A DNA stretch of 64,000 bases from the human T2T-CHM13v2.0 reference genome, Homo sapiens. The notes below the pieces were generated by a model, which was not told the DNA's origin, searched no databases, and saw only the letters and a list, made by a program, of their open reading frames with translations. Where the stretch lies: the NCBI RefSeq assembly GCF_009914755.1, contig NC_060931.1, one strand, 5' to 3'. A program made the translations under genes and the position numbers. Positions 14,161-30,760 of the stretch are shown here, piece after piece (within the stretch, counting starts at the first letter, position 1; each line of letters begins with the position of its first letter).

Positions 14161-15289
14161 AGGAACATAACTACTCATCCCCCACCCAAATTCAAAAGAT
14201 TCTCTGAGATTTGTCATATACTTATTTAAGTGTCCCTAAAAAGAGAGCTATGGTTCTGCTGTAGTTTCTGTTTAAATCTCCTAGTTTTGCCTGAAGCCAT
14301 GAAGTTAACCTCAGAGCAGAGCCTCTCTCCAGCCCTTACTCCCCAAATGAAAACCATGTGCTTGTGTGGGTTTTATTTGTTTTTCTTTTTTAAGATCTTC
14401 TCCATTATTTAAGGAAATTATTACATAACTGCATAGGTCTTCAATAATAGAGTTCACACTGGCTTTTATCAATTAAGTCACAAATAGTTTTTCTCAGAAG
14501 CAAATTTAACTCTAGACATTTTTAAAGCTGATTGTAATACCCTGGAAAAGCTAGAAACTTCTTGCATGCTAGCCAAGTCAAACTGTACAAGAGAATACAT
14601 GGAAATAATATGTGGATGAAACAATAATACTTGCACAGTTCCTAGCCATACTTTTCTCCTTCCGTGAAGGCAATTAATCAGTCTAAACTCCCACACTGGG
14701 TAGTGCCACTTCTGACCCTGTTTAAATGTAGAAATATGTAATTCATACTGAAGTTCTATCATGTTCCTAAAACTCAGCGGCAAATCACAGGTCAGTACAC
14801 AGAGTGAATGTGGCTTCTCTGCCTTCCACTTGCCAGGAGTTAAGGTTGTGTATGGAAAAAAAAAATTGTAAGGGTGTGACTTGGATTATAAAAATCACAC
14901 TTTTAATTCCACTGAAACATAAAAAAAAATAAACTCTCTCCTTTGTTCTTAAAATAGACCAAATTTGTACAGATAGGGCATTCTTGAACGATCTATTCAT
15001 TTCAGTTACACAACAGGGAATGAGCAGTTATGGTCAGTGCAGCAAACACAGCAAAGGTATTGATGCGGGGTGGGATGGGAAGTTTTGCTGCTGTGACCTC
15101 ATCTATACAATTGCAGAAGAACATCTAGCCTGCCTCCGCTGTCTTCTTAAAGTCCCATCTCCTGTTCCCTGGCATCCAATCCCATCTCCCTCCCTTCAGG
15201 AACCCAGTGTCTTCCACTACAGGATGGAAGGAATGTCACCCAAAGCATGCTCCATCCATCAGTTGCCCTCATTTTCCATAAAACAAACA

Positions 15290-15860
15290 AACAAAAGAGC
15301 TCAATGTGTCTAAAACTGAGCTTACCTTTGCCCCCCCTCATGTGTTTTCTATCTCAGTGGATGGGCACGAGCATCTACCAAACATAAAAGCTACAAAAGG
15401 AAGAATCATCCCAGACTTCTCCCTGTCTTTACCTGCATATTCAATCAGTTGCTGAGTCCGGATTCCACCTCCTCTTCCTATCTTCTGATTCCTTTTCTGT
15501 TTTCCCAGACTTGTCTTTTGACATCCTCCCTCACATCTCCTGCCATATGCTTGTTAAGCTGTTCCCAGTCCCTGTACCCCCAACTCTGTATCAGCCAAGT
15601 GATTCTTCACATACCACTTTCCTGTGGTTTTTCGCCCTCCCCTGTTTCCTCTTGGACCATAGTTTTCTTCTTTGTTCTCCTGTTGCACCCTCCTCTCCAT
15701 CAGGAAAGTAAGGATTGCATTTTGTAGCGCTTGTTATTGACTTATCTTTCTTCCTCACTAGCTGGCGTTCTGAAGTCAGAGACATTTTCCTATTTCTCTC
15801 CTGTCTTTAGTGCTAAGCACAGACAAGCCGCTTATTAAGTGGTAGGTGAGTGTATTGCTG
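15290..15860 (+). mobile_element. L2 fragment
   Basis: ctcaatgtgtctaaaactgagctt...ctatctcagtg...caatcagttgctgagtc. Confidence 0.55.
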
Positions 15861-16592
15861 GATTTGGGCATTATAAGAGGAACTTGTGAACTCAATTGAT
15901 GAGCTGGGTGGGGAACATGTTCCTGACTTTAACATATTGCTTGACCCTGGTGAGCTGCCAGTAAATTCCTGTGGAATTCTGTTGAATACTGAAGCAGGGA
16001 GGTTTTCCTGCCCTGCACAATCCTCCTTCCTCCCTGATTCCATCAGGTCAGAAGAGTGGTCATCAGCAGTGAAGAAATACTAGGTTTCAATTTGCTGGAT
16101 CCTATTACATATAATGTGACTGAGCAGTAATAAGTCAGGGAGCCCAAATGGCTGATTGATGTTTAACCTGTACAACTGTCATCTCTGCAGAAGGTCCAAA
16201 CAGTTACTTCAAAACTTTAACTCATTCCAAAGTCTACTTCTGTTTAACAAATTTAATTAATGAATCAATGGTTATCTATTAAATGCTTGTTGTGTTTAAA
16301 GGGATTAGTAATATTTAAATAGAATAAGCTTTAAATATGTGAGCACAAAAGAACTATTCAATAAATATCACTAGGGTAATTGGCTAATCATTTGTGAAAA
16401 GAGTAATTTTTGAGATTACTTTTATTAAATATTTCAATTTAATATATAATAATAGAAAACTAAGGTAAGCGTTTATCACAGAAAATCAGAGAAATCATGG
16501 ACATGAAGCCAATGAAGAAAGCAGCTCACTATGTAAATACTAAAACTTCTCTGTATCTACTAAACACAACCACAGTATATAAACGCAGATAA

Positions 16593-16767
16593 TATATTTT
16601 ATAGATTTCAGATATGGATTGAATGATGCAACATTATAAGTATCAATGAGAAAGAAAAAATGCCACTAGTCTAACTGTGATATACCATGAATTGTAATAT
16701 ATAACTAGATTTTAAAGATGTTAAAATGCGAAAGAAAAATGTGCCTTTTGGGATCAACAAAGTATAG
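16593..16767. mobile_element. MER104-like (TcMar-Tc2) MITE
   Basis: Resembles the remembered MER104 consensus (agattttaaagatgttaaaatg...aaaaatgtgcc). Confidence 0.5.
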
Positions 16768-16982
16768 TAGAAAACTAGAAAAAAAAACCAATATGATAGA
16801 AAAATGTCATCTGCTCACCTCTACTGGGAATGTAATTTTATACAATATTTTAGCAGTTATATACCAGAAAGTTTAAAATATGCACCCTTTTGACACAAAA
16901 TTTATTTCTTGAATGTATGCTGAGGAAATAATCAAGAATACATAGAAAGATTAAGCTACATATTTGTTCACTGCGATAATAT

Positions 16983-17407
16983 TGTTGCAGAACTTTCTCC
17001 TTAGTTCAGCTAAAAGCAGGCTCTTGTCACACGACCAGGAAAGATTAGGCTCGCGGACACATAGAAGGGTGAGGAAAATGGAATTTATTGGGCGAAGGGG
17101 AAAAAGGAAAACGAACCAAAGCAAGAGAGAGCCCTGCTAGCAGCTTTTCTGACTCACAGATTGAATCCCAGGTCACCACAGGAGCTGAAGACAGCAAGCT
17201 CCTCCCGTGCACAAGGCGTGAACTCCCCGTGGCCCCACCCATTTCCCCCAGGGCACATGTCGGGCTCCAGTCCACTGTGGGCATGCCCAGACAAGCCCTG
17301 GGCAGGTTCCCTCATTTGCACAAAAGCTTCTGATGTAAACACTTGTGGGGAAGGTTGGAGATTCTCTGGGGACCCCTTTTTATCTGTGTAGGCATTTGGC
17401 TGTCTCA
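16983..17407 (-). mobile_element. Solo ERV1 LTR (MER61-like)
   Basis: TGTTG to TCTCA ends, 4-bp TSD ATAT (16979-16982 and 17408-17411), LTR-sense poly(A) signal (tttatt at 17084-17089). GC-richer than its flanks and interrupts an old L1. Confidence 0.8.
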
Positions 17408-18787
17408 ATATTTATAAAACTGAAATATTGGGAACAATTTAAACGCACAGAAATCAGTGATTAGTTGAATAAATTATAGCATATCTATGTCAGGGCACTG
17501 CCCTTGATATTTACAAATAACGCTGTAGATGAATAGTAATTGGCATGGGAAGATCTTCACTGCATCGTTTGGTTCCAGGATTTTTTCTAAGAAAATATCC
17601 ATAGACATAGTTATAGATATATAGATATAAATACATAGAAAAAAATATTTGGAACTAAATTTATATTAGAGGTAGTTACTGAAAATGGTACATAATGAGA
17701 AGTATATTCTCCTCTTCTTCTTTATTCACATATTTTAGTTTTTAAAAATTATCTATAATAGCACAATAATGAAAAGTTATTTTCTATTTTAAATGAAAGA
17801 TATGTCTTTAATAAACTGATAAGATTGACACAGTAAAGGGAGAATACAAATGAAAGTGCTTTTGGAATAAAAATAGAAACTGTGCTCTTGATTTTGGTCA
17901 TTTGTATCAAATCATATTTCATGCAAAGCAATAAGCATTCTGATATAAAAACTAGCATCTCCCATTTTATTGCTGTGTTGATTAATAACAAATCAGTTTT
18001 CTATTTGTGTCTCATATGTGTATTAAGACTCTAACCTCTGCAACCAAATCCAACAAAATCTTGTGAAAAATTTCAGAAACAATGTTTGAGAAGAAACCCG
18101 GGACTTAAAAATGAACAAGTATGCAGTGTAAGCTGACCCTGAGTGTCACATTTTAACATCTGTTTTTCATGTTGTGATACTTATTTGAGATTTGGTATTA
18201 TTAAGTAACGAGGAAAATATCTTACTGTTTCCATAGGTAACAGGGCAGTAACTTGAGGCTGATGGATTGGCATGCTTTGTCTATATAATGTAATTCAAAT
18301 AAAGTCATAACATTTTGGCTATGGCTTATTTGTCAAACATTTATACATTTTTTTTGTCTGATAAATGAACTGCTAGGCTTTCTGACTGTTTAATAATAGT
18401 CCAATAAAAAGGGAGCAAAATAGCTTTTGACCTTCCATTTAATATTACTACCAGCAGTTTGGAGATTTAGGTGTATATGTAAACATTTAAAAATGATTTT
18501 GCATTGACTTTTTTTCAGAAAAAGCACTTTTAATATTTTAAATAATACTTATTGAAATGGATTCCACATACTTGTGTCTGAGCCAGTGTCCACACTATTG
18601 CCACAAACTCTGGGAACAAATTCTTATATATCAGATACTATACAAATATTTATTTATAATCTTTTCCCACAGACTATATGATATAAAAATTTAAAAGCCA
18701 GTATGAAAGTAGACCACTTAAAAAAGGTAACTGAATATGGTTCCCTAAGGAATTAAGGCCAATTTGGAAATTTCTTATGTAACATTC

Positions 18788-19060
18788 CTAAAATACAAAT
18801 TTCATCATGTTATTCTATGTCTAAACTTTTTCATATCTCTTCATTGTCCTTAAGATAAAGCCCGATGCCCCGACATAGCTTATGGAGCCATATGTGATCT
18901 GGCACCTGCCATTCTCCCTGGGCTCATCTTTTCTATGAAACCCCTTTGATCCTTCAGGGCATTGACTGTGTCCTGCTTTCTGGTATATAGGCCTTTGCAC
19001 ATGCTGTTCTTTCTGAAACTGTCTGGCCATTCTTTTCCTTTCCCTGTTCCTCAGTCCTCT
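18788..19060 (+). mobile_element. L2 fragment
   Basis: aaaatacaaatttcatcatgtt...gatctggcacctgcc...ggcctttgcacatgctgttc. Confidence 0.65.
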
Positions 19061-19550
19061 GTATCCTAATCTTTTTCACATTCTGTTCCAGGCTCTAATC
19101 ATCTCTAATGTATTGTGATTATTCTTTAAATCTCCTGCTTTCCTAGCTGCTGGTGTATGCATCACATCAGCTTTCCACCCCTGACCATGGTCTCCCTCAG
19201 GGACTTTCAGTTGAGCTTGTTGTTCCCACATTGGATTCTTTGGCATTATACCTAGCTGGAGCCAGCCCCGGAGAGCCACATGCCAGGGGACCTTAAAACC
19301 TGTGGGACTTCTGCAAGCCACCAACTTAGGAAGAGCAAAACTGAAAACCAGGAAAAAGATTTTCAGAACTGAAAACCAGGCAAAAGCCCACAACAGAAAA
19401 ATGGAAAGCAGAATGAGGTTGAGAAGTGGTTCCACACAGAGGGAGAACTGGGGTGAAGATGAGAATCTGTTGGGCGAGATGAGGTGAGAAGCAATGAAGC
19501 TGCTGAAATAAAGGTGCATAAGGGAAAAGACAGGAGTGCGGAGAGCTTAG

Positions 19551-19976
<426 letters not shown>

Positions 19977-22900
19977 TGACCTTGGTTAAGTCACAAACTC
20001 CTTGGTCCTGAGTATTCTTATCTATTAACCAAGGAATTTGTGTTAGATCTGTATTTGTCAAAAGGCACGTAAATGTTAAGAGGTACAAGGGGACATGGAG
20101 GGGTTCACAAAGATATGGCATAAAAATGCCGCATCTTGGATTACTTTTACATAATGGAACAATTTTAAACATTTTAATCCAGAGAAGAATGGAGATGCTG
20201 TATATCAAATGCAAAATTTGAACAGTTTTAGAATGAAGCATGAGAATACAAAGACATTTTATTCATGGTGAGGCCTCTGTAGACTCTTCCCCAAAATGTA
20301 TATGGAATCTCTGTTCACTCCTCTCTACTATTTGGGGCCCTTCAGTGGACATGTATGAGAAAGAATGACTACAGTATTAGTCAGACTCTTTCCAGCTGAA
20401 ACAAGAAGTTTTTAAGAATAAGATTAGTGTAATGTGTTAAATATGAAGTTTACTAATAACAGTGTTCTGTCTCTTAGAAATAAGTAAAATAATAGCCTTT
20501 AGATGGCCAGATGCCACTCTGTGTCATGTTTTTGCTCCTTGAATGTATATATTTTGTAATAAAATGCATCCCTTACGTATCATCTTTGAATGAGACTAAA
20601 AGATGCACGGTGTTTTGACAACATGAAGAAAGCTTTACAGCATGTTACATGGAAGATTTTAAAACACTGAGCTGTATTTTTTCTTTATATTTCTAGGTTC
20701 TACCTGGATTTGTAAGAGTCAGGTTATTTTTCCTGGTTTTATGAAACTTATCTTCCAAAAGCACATAAGGTTAATTTTTTGAAATACTCAAACATTGAGG
20801 AAACAGAGTCTGGTCATGGTAATTGGAACTTTTGATGTGCCCACTCCAGTGACCTGTTCATGCAAAAGCCTTAAGTAAGCAGGTTCTGGAGCCAGTCTGT
20901 AGCAGCTCTCTTCACTTTGAGAATGTGTTGATGGATTAAAGCAGAACCCAAACAGTCCACTATCTGCCTGTTGCTGTGTAAATGAGAACCCCCTTGATTT
21001 TTCTTTTTTTTAAAGGAGGGGAAGGTGTAAATATCAATGCTGGGAGGTAACCAGATTAGCATGAAACAGAGCTGCCATTTTATACTATGCCTCATTCAAG
21101 TGACAGTCATTCAAGTTGCATTTTTTTTCATCTCCTGAGAGTTATTATGAACTTTCTTTACTGAGTGTTATATTTAAGCCTTTTGAATAGTTTGCTGTCT
21201 GCAACAGTGGCGGCAGATAAGGAATGCTCTCAGAGGATCTCACTGTGAGACATAATGGTGAAATGCTGCAATGCATGGAATTTTATTTGGGACTGCAATT
21301 TAATAAATGATGGACTATCTCTAGGTCAAATCTAGTCCAGATCAGTCACTACCATCTGTCACCAAGCTACAGCCAACTGGCAGCTGGTTGGTGGCCATTA
21401 TGAAATCCATTAGTAATTTCAGTTCATTTCTTAATTAATGGACATACTTATGCACAGAACATTCCATAATTGACCATTTTCTTAAGTGGCTTCATTCTGT
21501 TCCTGTTTTAGGATGGACATTCTTTGCCTCTGAGGAATATGTCTTCTAGTTTGCAGTTGCTACAGTGGAGATAAAGTTTCTTCTATCTCTGTTTATGCAT
21601 ATGTGTACAATCTGTGAAGGGATGGTAGCTTTGAAACTTCATTTTACATAGCTTGAAGTTGAAAATATGATTCCCAATGAGACTTTTAGAGTTGGACACA
21701 TTTCAAGAATGTCCTTTCATAGGAGATTTTCGTATTGCATCCATATATTCTGGTCCCAGATGAAAGAAGTTCTTATAGAAACCTTCAACCAAAGGAAGAA
21801 AACCTATCCATTTAAATATGAGGAAAGCTGGCCTGTGTTTGGACCATTCTCCCAGTAATTTTTTTTTTTTAACGTCTTTGAATGATTTCGTCCACCACAA
21901 ATTGACAGGGTAGAGGACCTCCTCTTTTGGAGTTGCCAACAAGCACATTTTGCTACCAGTCAACTCTCCTAAATAATAAGTATGATGAATAACAACCAAT
22001 TGGGGAAAATTTTTCAGCATAAAAAAAGGCTGACAGCTGTGAAAACAAAGCAAGCATACAGCTCTTCAATTTAAAGAAATCCTTGCTCACGCTTATACTA
22101 TAATGTAGGGGAGTCTCTTGGCAGAGTCATATTTTGCTCTATTTTTACATAATAAATACACATATAATCAAGTGAAAATAGACCTTGGTGCAGTGCTCAG
22201 CCATTCCCATGCTGTGACGATATAGTTCATTTAAATGCTCCTTGGGAATGTTGGCTCATTCAATGAGAAAACAGTCAGTTTTAGACCAAATATAGTCAAT
22301 TCCAAAAAGCAGTCAAGCCAGTTGCATGAAAATGGACTTTTTTGCTTCTCCACTGGCTGTTTTCAAATCACATTTGGCTCAGACAGAAAATGGAGTGAGC
22401 CTTCTAAAACCTCATGGTTTGTCCACTATAGCTTTATTTTATTATTTTTTACTGATACATAATAGTTATACATATTTTGGGAAATACATTTTAATATAAT
22501 GTTCAATACCTATCTGTTTCTTCTCTAAGCTGAATTACCATATTGCTACTTCTGTTGTCTTATCATATCTTTTCAAATTGCCCCTTTGCGGTGAAGTATT
22601 TCTATTTTCTTGGTCAATAAAATGTCTGTGTGACACATTGAAGCGATATCCTTCAATCTGATAACATTATTTATAAACCCTATAAATCATAAACAACATC
22701 TGTACTCTCAAGTTATGTTTGCCATCTGAAATGAATCTACCAATAGTGCTGTGTAAGTAATTTGCTTCCGAGATCAGCTAGCTTGGAGTCCAAATACAGA
22801 AAGCAAACTGGCAGAGTTTTCATGAACATTTTTTACAGGACTATTGAAACTTCTACTTAACTAAAATGACAAAGTGCTTCCAAAGCTTTGTGCTTTGTGA

Positions 22901-24107
22901 AACTGGAGGTCATACTATTTCATAAGCACACGAGATGCATTTATGTGAGGCTGGACCTTAGGCACTCAGCTGGCTCTGTATACACAATCTCCAATTTTAG
23001 CAGGAGGTAAAGGAACTAGAATCTTGGTCCCACCATTTCCTTGTGACCTTTGAAACTGACTTGACTTCTCCGATTTGAGTTTCCTCAGCAGTTGACACGG
23101 GTTTGAAAGCAGATGATGGCTGTGGGAGTGGCTGCTTCTGTGCCCACTCTAGTGGTGTTTAGCAGTGTTCTTCTCTTTCTCCGTATCTTTCCCCTTTCCA
23201 GCGGGTGTAGGGGCTGCGGCTTTTTCTTTCTTTTTTGCGTCTATTTCCAGAAATATACAAAATGCACGAATTCCTCAACCGATAATGCAGCAGATGACTG
23301 CTTAGCCTCTGGAATATTCTGTCTCCTTGAAGTCCCAGTTCTCTAAAGAAGAATGAGGTTTACTTTGACTTAACTGGAACAGCTTCTGCTACTAATTCCT
23401 TCTAATGGACTCCTACTTGTGATTCTGACTTTGAATTAAATCACGAAACCACAGGAAATCTCTAATTTGTTTTTAAGACTTTTTGGTGAAAAAAACAAAA
23501 GTATGACTTTCCAGGAAACACTAGAGTTACTTGTTTTTCATACTATATCCCATTAATTCAGACACATATTGAAGATATTCAGCCCTTAACCACTATACAT
23601 CATAATTGTCTGCTTACTGTCTGCATCTTCATAATATGGGATCTCGTTCACCTCTATCACCAGTTCCTACCACCTAGCAGGCCCTTGGAAACTGCTGGTT
23701 GAATCAACAAATGGATCAATATTTGTGTATTTCCTGTCTGTTTCTCAAAAGGATTCAAGGCAGTTTATAAGAAACACATGTGAAACAGAGCAATACAATT
23801 AAGATCAGAAAAAATGAGACCAGACATCATGTGAAGAAAATGAAAAGATATTTATGCTAAGGACCAAGGCCTGGTATGAGATCATTTGAGAACTGGACTT
23901 AACTCTAAATTAAGGCAAAAAAAATGAGCACATGATTGCCTATACTGTTCCCTTAATCGGAGAAAATAAAACATACAAGAGGAATTTCTTCACATGGGGG
24001 AACTATCAAGTAGGAGAATATTGCAAATGACCATTGCCACATCTGACCCTATTTGTGTCTATGTGGCATTCTTGGTCATTTCTGTCTCTTATTAAGAAAG
24101 TCTGGGG

Positions 24108-24415
<308 letters not shown>

Positions 24416-24465
24416 CTAGTGGTTTACTGTTCTTTTTCTGAAATCAGTACAGTGCAATTTGAATA

Positions 24466-24555
24466 TGTATTATATGTAAGTTTTTATACATAATATATAT
24501 TTTAAATATATGTATATATAAATATACACATATAAGTTACATATGTATATTTATG
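24466..24555. repeat. Degenerate (TA)n tract
   Basis: tatatgtatatataaatatacacatata... Confidence 0.7.
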
Positions 24556-25889
24556 TCATGCATGAAAGCTAAATTTCTGTGGGAACCAACTCTATATCCT
24601 TTATTTTTTAAAAGGTCAAATTAGAAACAGATAAAACTTTAACAAACATTGCTATTTAAGGTTTGAGGAAACAAAAAGTAAATTCCTTTTAAACATCTAT
24701 TCTGCTGCTGTAGAAGGGGACTTTGATGCATTTGCCAGTAGCCCATTTTTATAGCCATGTAAAAAGCTCTAGAAGTACTCAAAACAGTTGAGAGTTAGAA
24801 ATGCTGGACAGGAGGAGTGCTTGCTGAGACAGGAGCTGTCGTGGGGCTCTTTTCAGATCCTGTTCCCCACTTCTCATTGAGGCCTGGCCTTGCTTTCTCT
24901 TCCCAGGACTTAACACATATGGTAGTGTTCTCAAGCGGTTATAGAATGTAGAATTTTGCTACTGAAGATGAGTTCAGGAAGCATCAGCATCACCTGTAGT
25001 CTCAGGAATGCAGAACTCCTAAGCCAATTCTCTAGAGGATTTTTATACATTGCTAGTGTGCCAAGCAGTAATATAGAGGACTCTTTATTTTGAATGAATA
25101 AATGAAAAATGCGAGACCTTCTTTCTTTAGAGTATACTTTTATGGTATGCATTATCTGAAACTATCTTCTTTGAATCCTAATACCCAAATGACACAATGC
25201 GTTTTCCGTGAACCCTTGCCCACTTTTAATCTTTTGAGTTTCTGCATGCTCATATTTCCTTTTAAAGTTTCTCCTTCTAGTTGAAACTCTACCTATTACG
25301 TAGGTGGCCAACATAACACATTGAGGGTCATAACAGACATTGAGCAGTAGGGACCTCTATTTTCTTTTTTTTTTTTTCTTTTCACTCTCTTTTAACTATT
25401 CAAATTCACTAGTACATTTGTCCCCTATGAGGAAGCTGATATGCTTCCTCCTAATGGTAATCTCTTGAAACCCTATAGTTAATTGTTTATACCTACCTTA
25501 AAATCCCGTTTCTCAGCAGAGTTAATACAAATCTGTAGTTCCCAGAATCACTGTGTTCTTGATGAAAATCCTAGACTCTTTTCATGGAGAAATCGGATTT
25601 TGCCTATTTATCTTGCCTCAAACCCTTTTATAGCCTTGATTTTTAAGGATTTTTTTTTAGACAAGGGACCCACCAGAAAGAGTAAGTGAGTAAAGAACTT
25701 TATAGAGAGGGATGGCAAAGAGCTCCTAGCGAAGTATTAGAGAATCTTGCAATCAGGAAGGCAGTCATTAGAAGATAATATAAAATGAGTGTCAAGAGTT
25801 TTGGCCCTGGCACCAGGCTGCCCCAAGTCGGGAAATGATCCATATAAAATCTCAACACGTAATAAATACTCACTTAATATTAGCAATTA

Positions 25890-26333
25890 CAGTTAACTCT
25901 TGAACAATGCAGGGATTAGGTTCCTACGCAGGAACGGTGTCAGGACAACCACGTTGTATTACTTGGAGTCCCCAAATACTGTATTACTAGCCTACCATTG
26001 ACTGGAAGCCTTACCAATAACAAACAATCACTAACATATATTTTATATATTATATGTATTATATACTGTATTCTTACTGTTAATATAAAGTAAGCTAGAG
26101 GAAAAAAATGTTATTAAGAAAATCCTAAGGAAGATAAAATATATTTACTATTCATTAAGTAGAAGTGGATTATCATAAAGGTTTTCATTTTCAGTATCTT
26201 CACATTGAATAGGCTGAGGGGGGAGCAGAAAGAAGGGGTTGGTCTTGCTGTCTCAGGGGTGGCAGAGGCGGGAGAAAACCCATGCATAAGTGGATCCGTG
26301 CAGTTCAAACCTGTGTTGTCCAAGGGTCATCTG
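25890..26333 (-). mobile_element. Tigger2a/MER28-like (TcMar-Tigger) non-autonomous element
   Basis: TIRs cagttaactcttgaacaa and ttgtccaagggtcatctg, with TA duplications at 25888-25889 and 26334-26335. Confidence 0.85.
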
Positions 26334-28008
26334 TATTACCCAATATGTACTAACCTGCATACTTAAGACACTTAACAGTTTCTTAGGTGTTTATAAAGGC
26401 CAATATCTTATATTTCAGTGTAATCACACATGAAGAGATATTACATTCAGAGTAGGGTGAAAGGAAAGCTGAGGCGCCGCAACCGAATTGCCAGGTCTGT
26501 TTTGGGAGGGCACCGACAATGGGTTGGCTTACCGCCACCGTGAGGACACACACTGTACCTGACTGCACAGGTGCTGCTTGGAATAAGAATTTTCGTGGGA
26601 GGAACAAGTGTGATCATCAGGGAAGGGGTTAGTACCCGTAGCCAAAGGACTGTGCACTAAGACAACAAAGAATGATATATAAACAAAGCACAACATTTGC
26701 ATGGCAGGAGAAGGATGAATGGGGTACTTAAGCAAAGCTCTCGAGACAGAGTAGTGTGTGATTGAAAAGGCTAAAATGACTATGTATATTGTGTTTGGAG
26801 AAATAGGTGAGGCCCCCATGGGCTGTCAAATAATGACTAATATATTAGTAGTCATGCTATCGTGTTATTATTAGTGACTCCTTTGCTCACTGTTAGCTAA
26901 GGCAGTTACTTTTTCTCTATACAAGGATTTCTTGACCTGTGAGATTTCCTTTTTTTGCCTTTCACGGTACACTTTTCAATGCTATGTACAAAGGTGTCAT
27001 GATTTGTTTAGCAGGAAATCTATTATTATTGTCCCCTGGAAGTTATTCTTCAGCTTATCCAAGGTATACAAATTCACTTTTGCATTTCTAAGTCGCAGTT
27101 GTTGATTCCCTAGTCTCAGTTGATATAAAGCTGTAGCATTTTGGAAACTGTTTGCCAAGCATCTTTCTTCATCTTCAGCAGTGGAATCTAGCCCATTGGA
27201 CCATTCTCCTCTCTTGTAAGCAATTTTTATTTAGTCAAGTTCCAAGGCCCTGATAGTTTTTTTATGATATACCTTCATTTATTGACAAATGGAAGACTAT
27301 TCCACCTAAAACATTGTTGTGTACTTCATGTCTGATATCTGTGCTGAAGCTCAGCAAGAAATAACTATATCTCACTATACAGCCATCCAGTTCAGATTAG
27401 AACTGAGTTTTTCAAACTTTGATCTTTGATAAACAATGTACCTGTCAATTTAATGTAACTTTTTGTCTAATTCTGAATGCATAGGTCATAAAGTTGAAAT
27501 GTTTAGTAACTATGTGCAGAAAGAGAATTTTGTAAACCTAGGAAAATGCTGTAGTTCTAGTGCCTATTAAGAAAGAAGTGTTAATTTCCTTTCAGTTTTT
27601 CCCTCTTAATATTGGGGATTAGTTTATTCATATAAAATTACATTATGCATTTTTACTTAATAACTTTCTCATGTTGTTAAACAACTTTGTGAACATAATT
27701 TTACTATTTCCTCACTGTTCTAGCATATATCTGTGTTATTATTTATTTATTATTCTAGTTTTAGACAGGTTCTTACCAATTAGATACTACAAGTATTCTG
27801 AGATGAGCATTTTTATGCATAAAGGTTTTTTTCTTTGTTAAAATTATCTCCTTAAAAAAGATGAAGAATATTAGGATTGTTTAGTCAAAGAGTATTTATA
27901 AAGTTCTTTGTATATATATTGACTAAACCCATTATATAAATTTATACCTTTACCTTCAAGGTAAAAATTATATGTCTCCTTTCACCCTTGAAAGTTATGT
28001 CCTTATTA

Positions 28009-28392
<384 letters not shown>

Positions 28393-29029
28393 TTACATGT
28401 ATTTATATAGGACTAAATTGGAACTGAATGAAAGGAGGACTTTCTTCAAATACCTATCTGTGGGAAATGAAGGCTTTATGACTTGTCTGAAAAAATATAT
28501 TTTTTACCTTATGTAAGTGATATAGAAGACCTGGGAATATAGCTGTCTCACTGCAGTGCTCTTCTATAGGTCCAGTCTGTGGAGTGGCTACATAAGGGAG
28601 ACATCTTGATGAAGAAGACTTTATATAACAAAACAATAACCATAACGGTAATTGCAATAACAATAATCTCAGCTAAATTTGTTTAATGCTGTGTGCCAAA
28701 TGCTCCTCAGTGTTTTGTAAGTCATATAATCATCTCAATATCCTTGAAAGCAGGTTAAAATTCCTATTTACAGATAATTAAACCATTTTGACAAGTAGCT
28801 GGGCTAGAATTTTAATCAGTAAAGTCTGACTCTAGAGCCTACAGTCAGACACTACACTATGATGCTATTACTTTCTCTTTTGATTGGATCCAAAATGAAA
28901 TTCATTAATATTTAATTCTAGTCTGTGATACCTAATATTATTTACTCCAAGTCAAACCAAATTTATTAGTGCTTGCTGCGTGCCAAGTAGTGGATAAGTA
29001 CTCCAACATTTTTGTTTGTTTGTTTTAGC

Positions 29030-29480
29030 CATCACATATTAACACTTGTATGTATCAGGTACTGTGCTAGAGGCTAGGGATATAAAGGTCAGTGAGCATG
29101 TCCCCTTTTCTCAGGGACTATATGTCCACAGATTATTGGAAACCAACATCATAAATTCTATAATGTGTGTAGCATTAGAAGAGGAAGCACAATAGATGTT
29201 CTGAGCTGACCAAATAAAGCTTCGCTAAAATAGTGCCATTTAAGTAGAGTCTTGCAGGACACATGTTTGCAAAGAAGATAACATTGGAGATGTGGTAGAG
29301 GTGGTGGTGAGTGGAAGCATATTAAAAATCAAGGAGATTTTTTGAAAGAGTGTGCTGTTCAGGAATCTACAAGTGTTTGATGTTGCATTTGGGTGAGATG
29401 AGATGAGAAAAGTAGTCCAGGGTGGGAATCTGAGGGCCTTTGGTCCATGCTAAATTTTGGACTTTATCTTGTAGACCAAC
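29030..29480 (-). mobile_element. L2 fragment
   Basis: caggtactgtgctagaggctagggatata...ccatgctaaattttggactttatc. Confidence 0.65.
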
Positions 29481-29494
29481 AGTTACAATTCAGA

Positions 29495-29800
29495 TACCAT
29501 CAGATGCTAGGCAAATGAAATCAGTGAGTGAATCATACTGGGTAACCAGCAGAGAGAGTGGTGGGTACTATGGAAAGCAGGAAAACACACGCCACTGCTA
29601 AAGAGAAGAGCTGCCTCTCAGCTCATGTAGGTTGTATCCAAGGGTCTGGTTGCATCCATACCCTTTTATTTTTCATGGAAATTCATAAATCCGGGTTTGT
29701 ATGTGAAATCTCCAAATTTTCAATCTTGGCAATTAAGATGGAAAATGATTATAAAACACTGTGCAAGCCAGGGAAAATATAAACGGTGCCCTTGGGCTGC
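29495..29800. mobile_element. MER103C-like hAT fragment
   Basis: aaatccgggtttgtatgtgaaatctccaaatttt...aaaacactgtgcaagcca. Confidence 0.45.
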
Positions 29801-29898
29801 TTGGCTCGGTCCTGCTAATACAGAGGGTCCAGGGAAGAACATGAAGCAGGGGAATGACGTGGTTGGATTTGAACACAGGAGAGTCCATTCAGATAGTA

Positions 29899-30760
<862 letters not shown>

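Larger units (their letters stand above)
16330..17750 (+). mobile_element. Old L1ME-type ORF2 end/3'UTR fragments, split by a MITE and the MER61-like LTR
   Basis: A-rich decayed L1 motifs (cccttttgacacaaaattt...gaatgtatgctgaggaaataatc) on both sides of the LTR. Confidence 0.55.
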
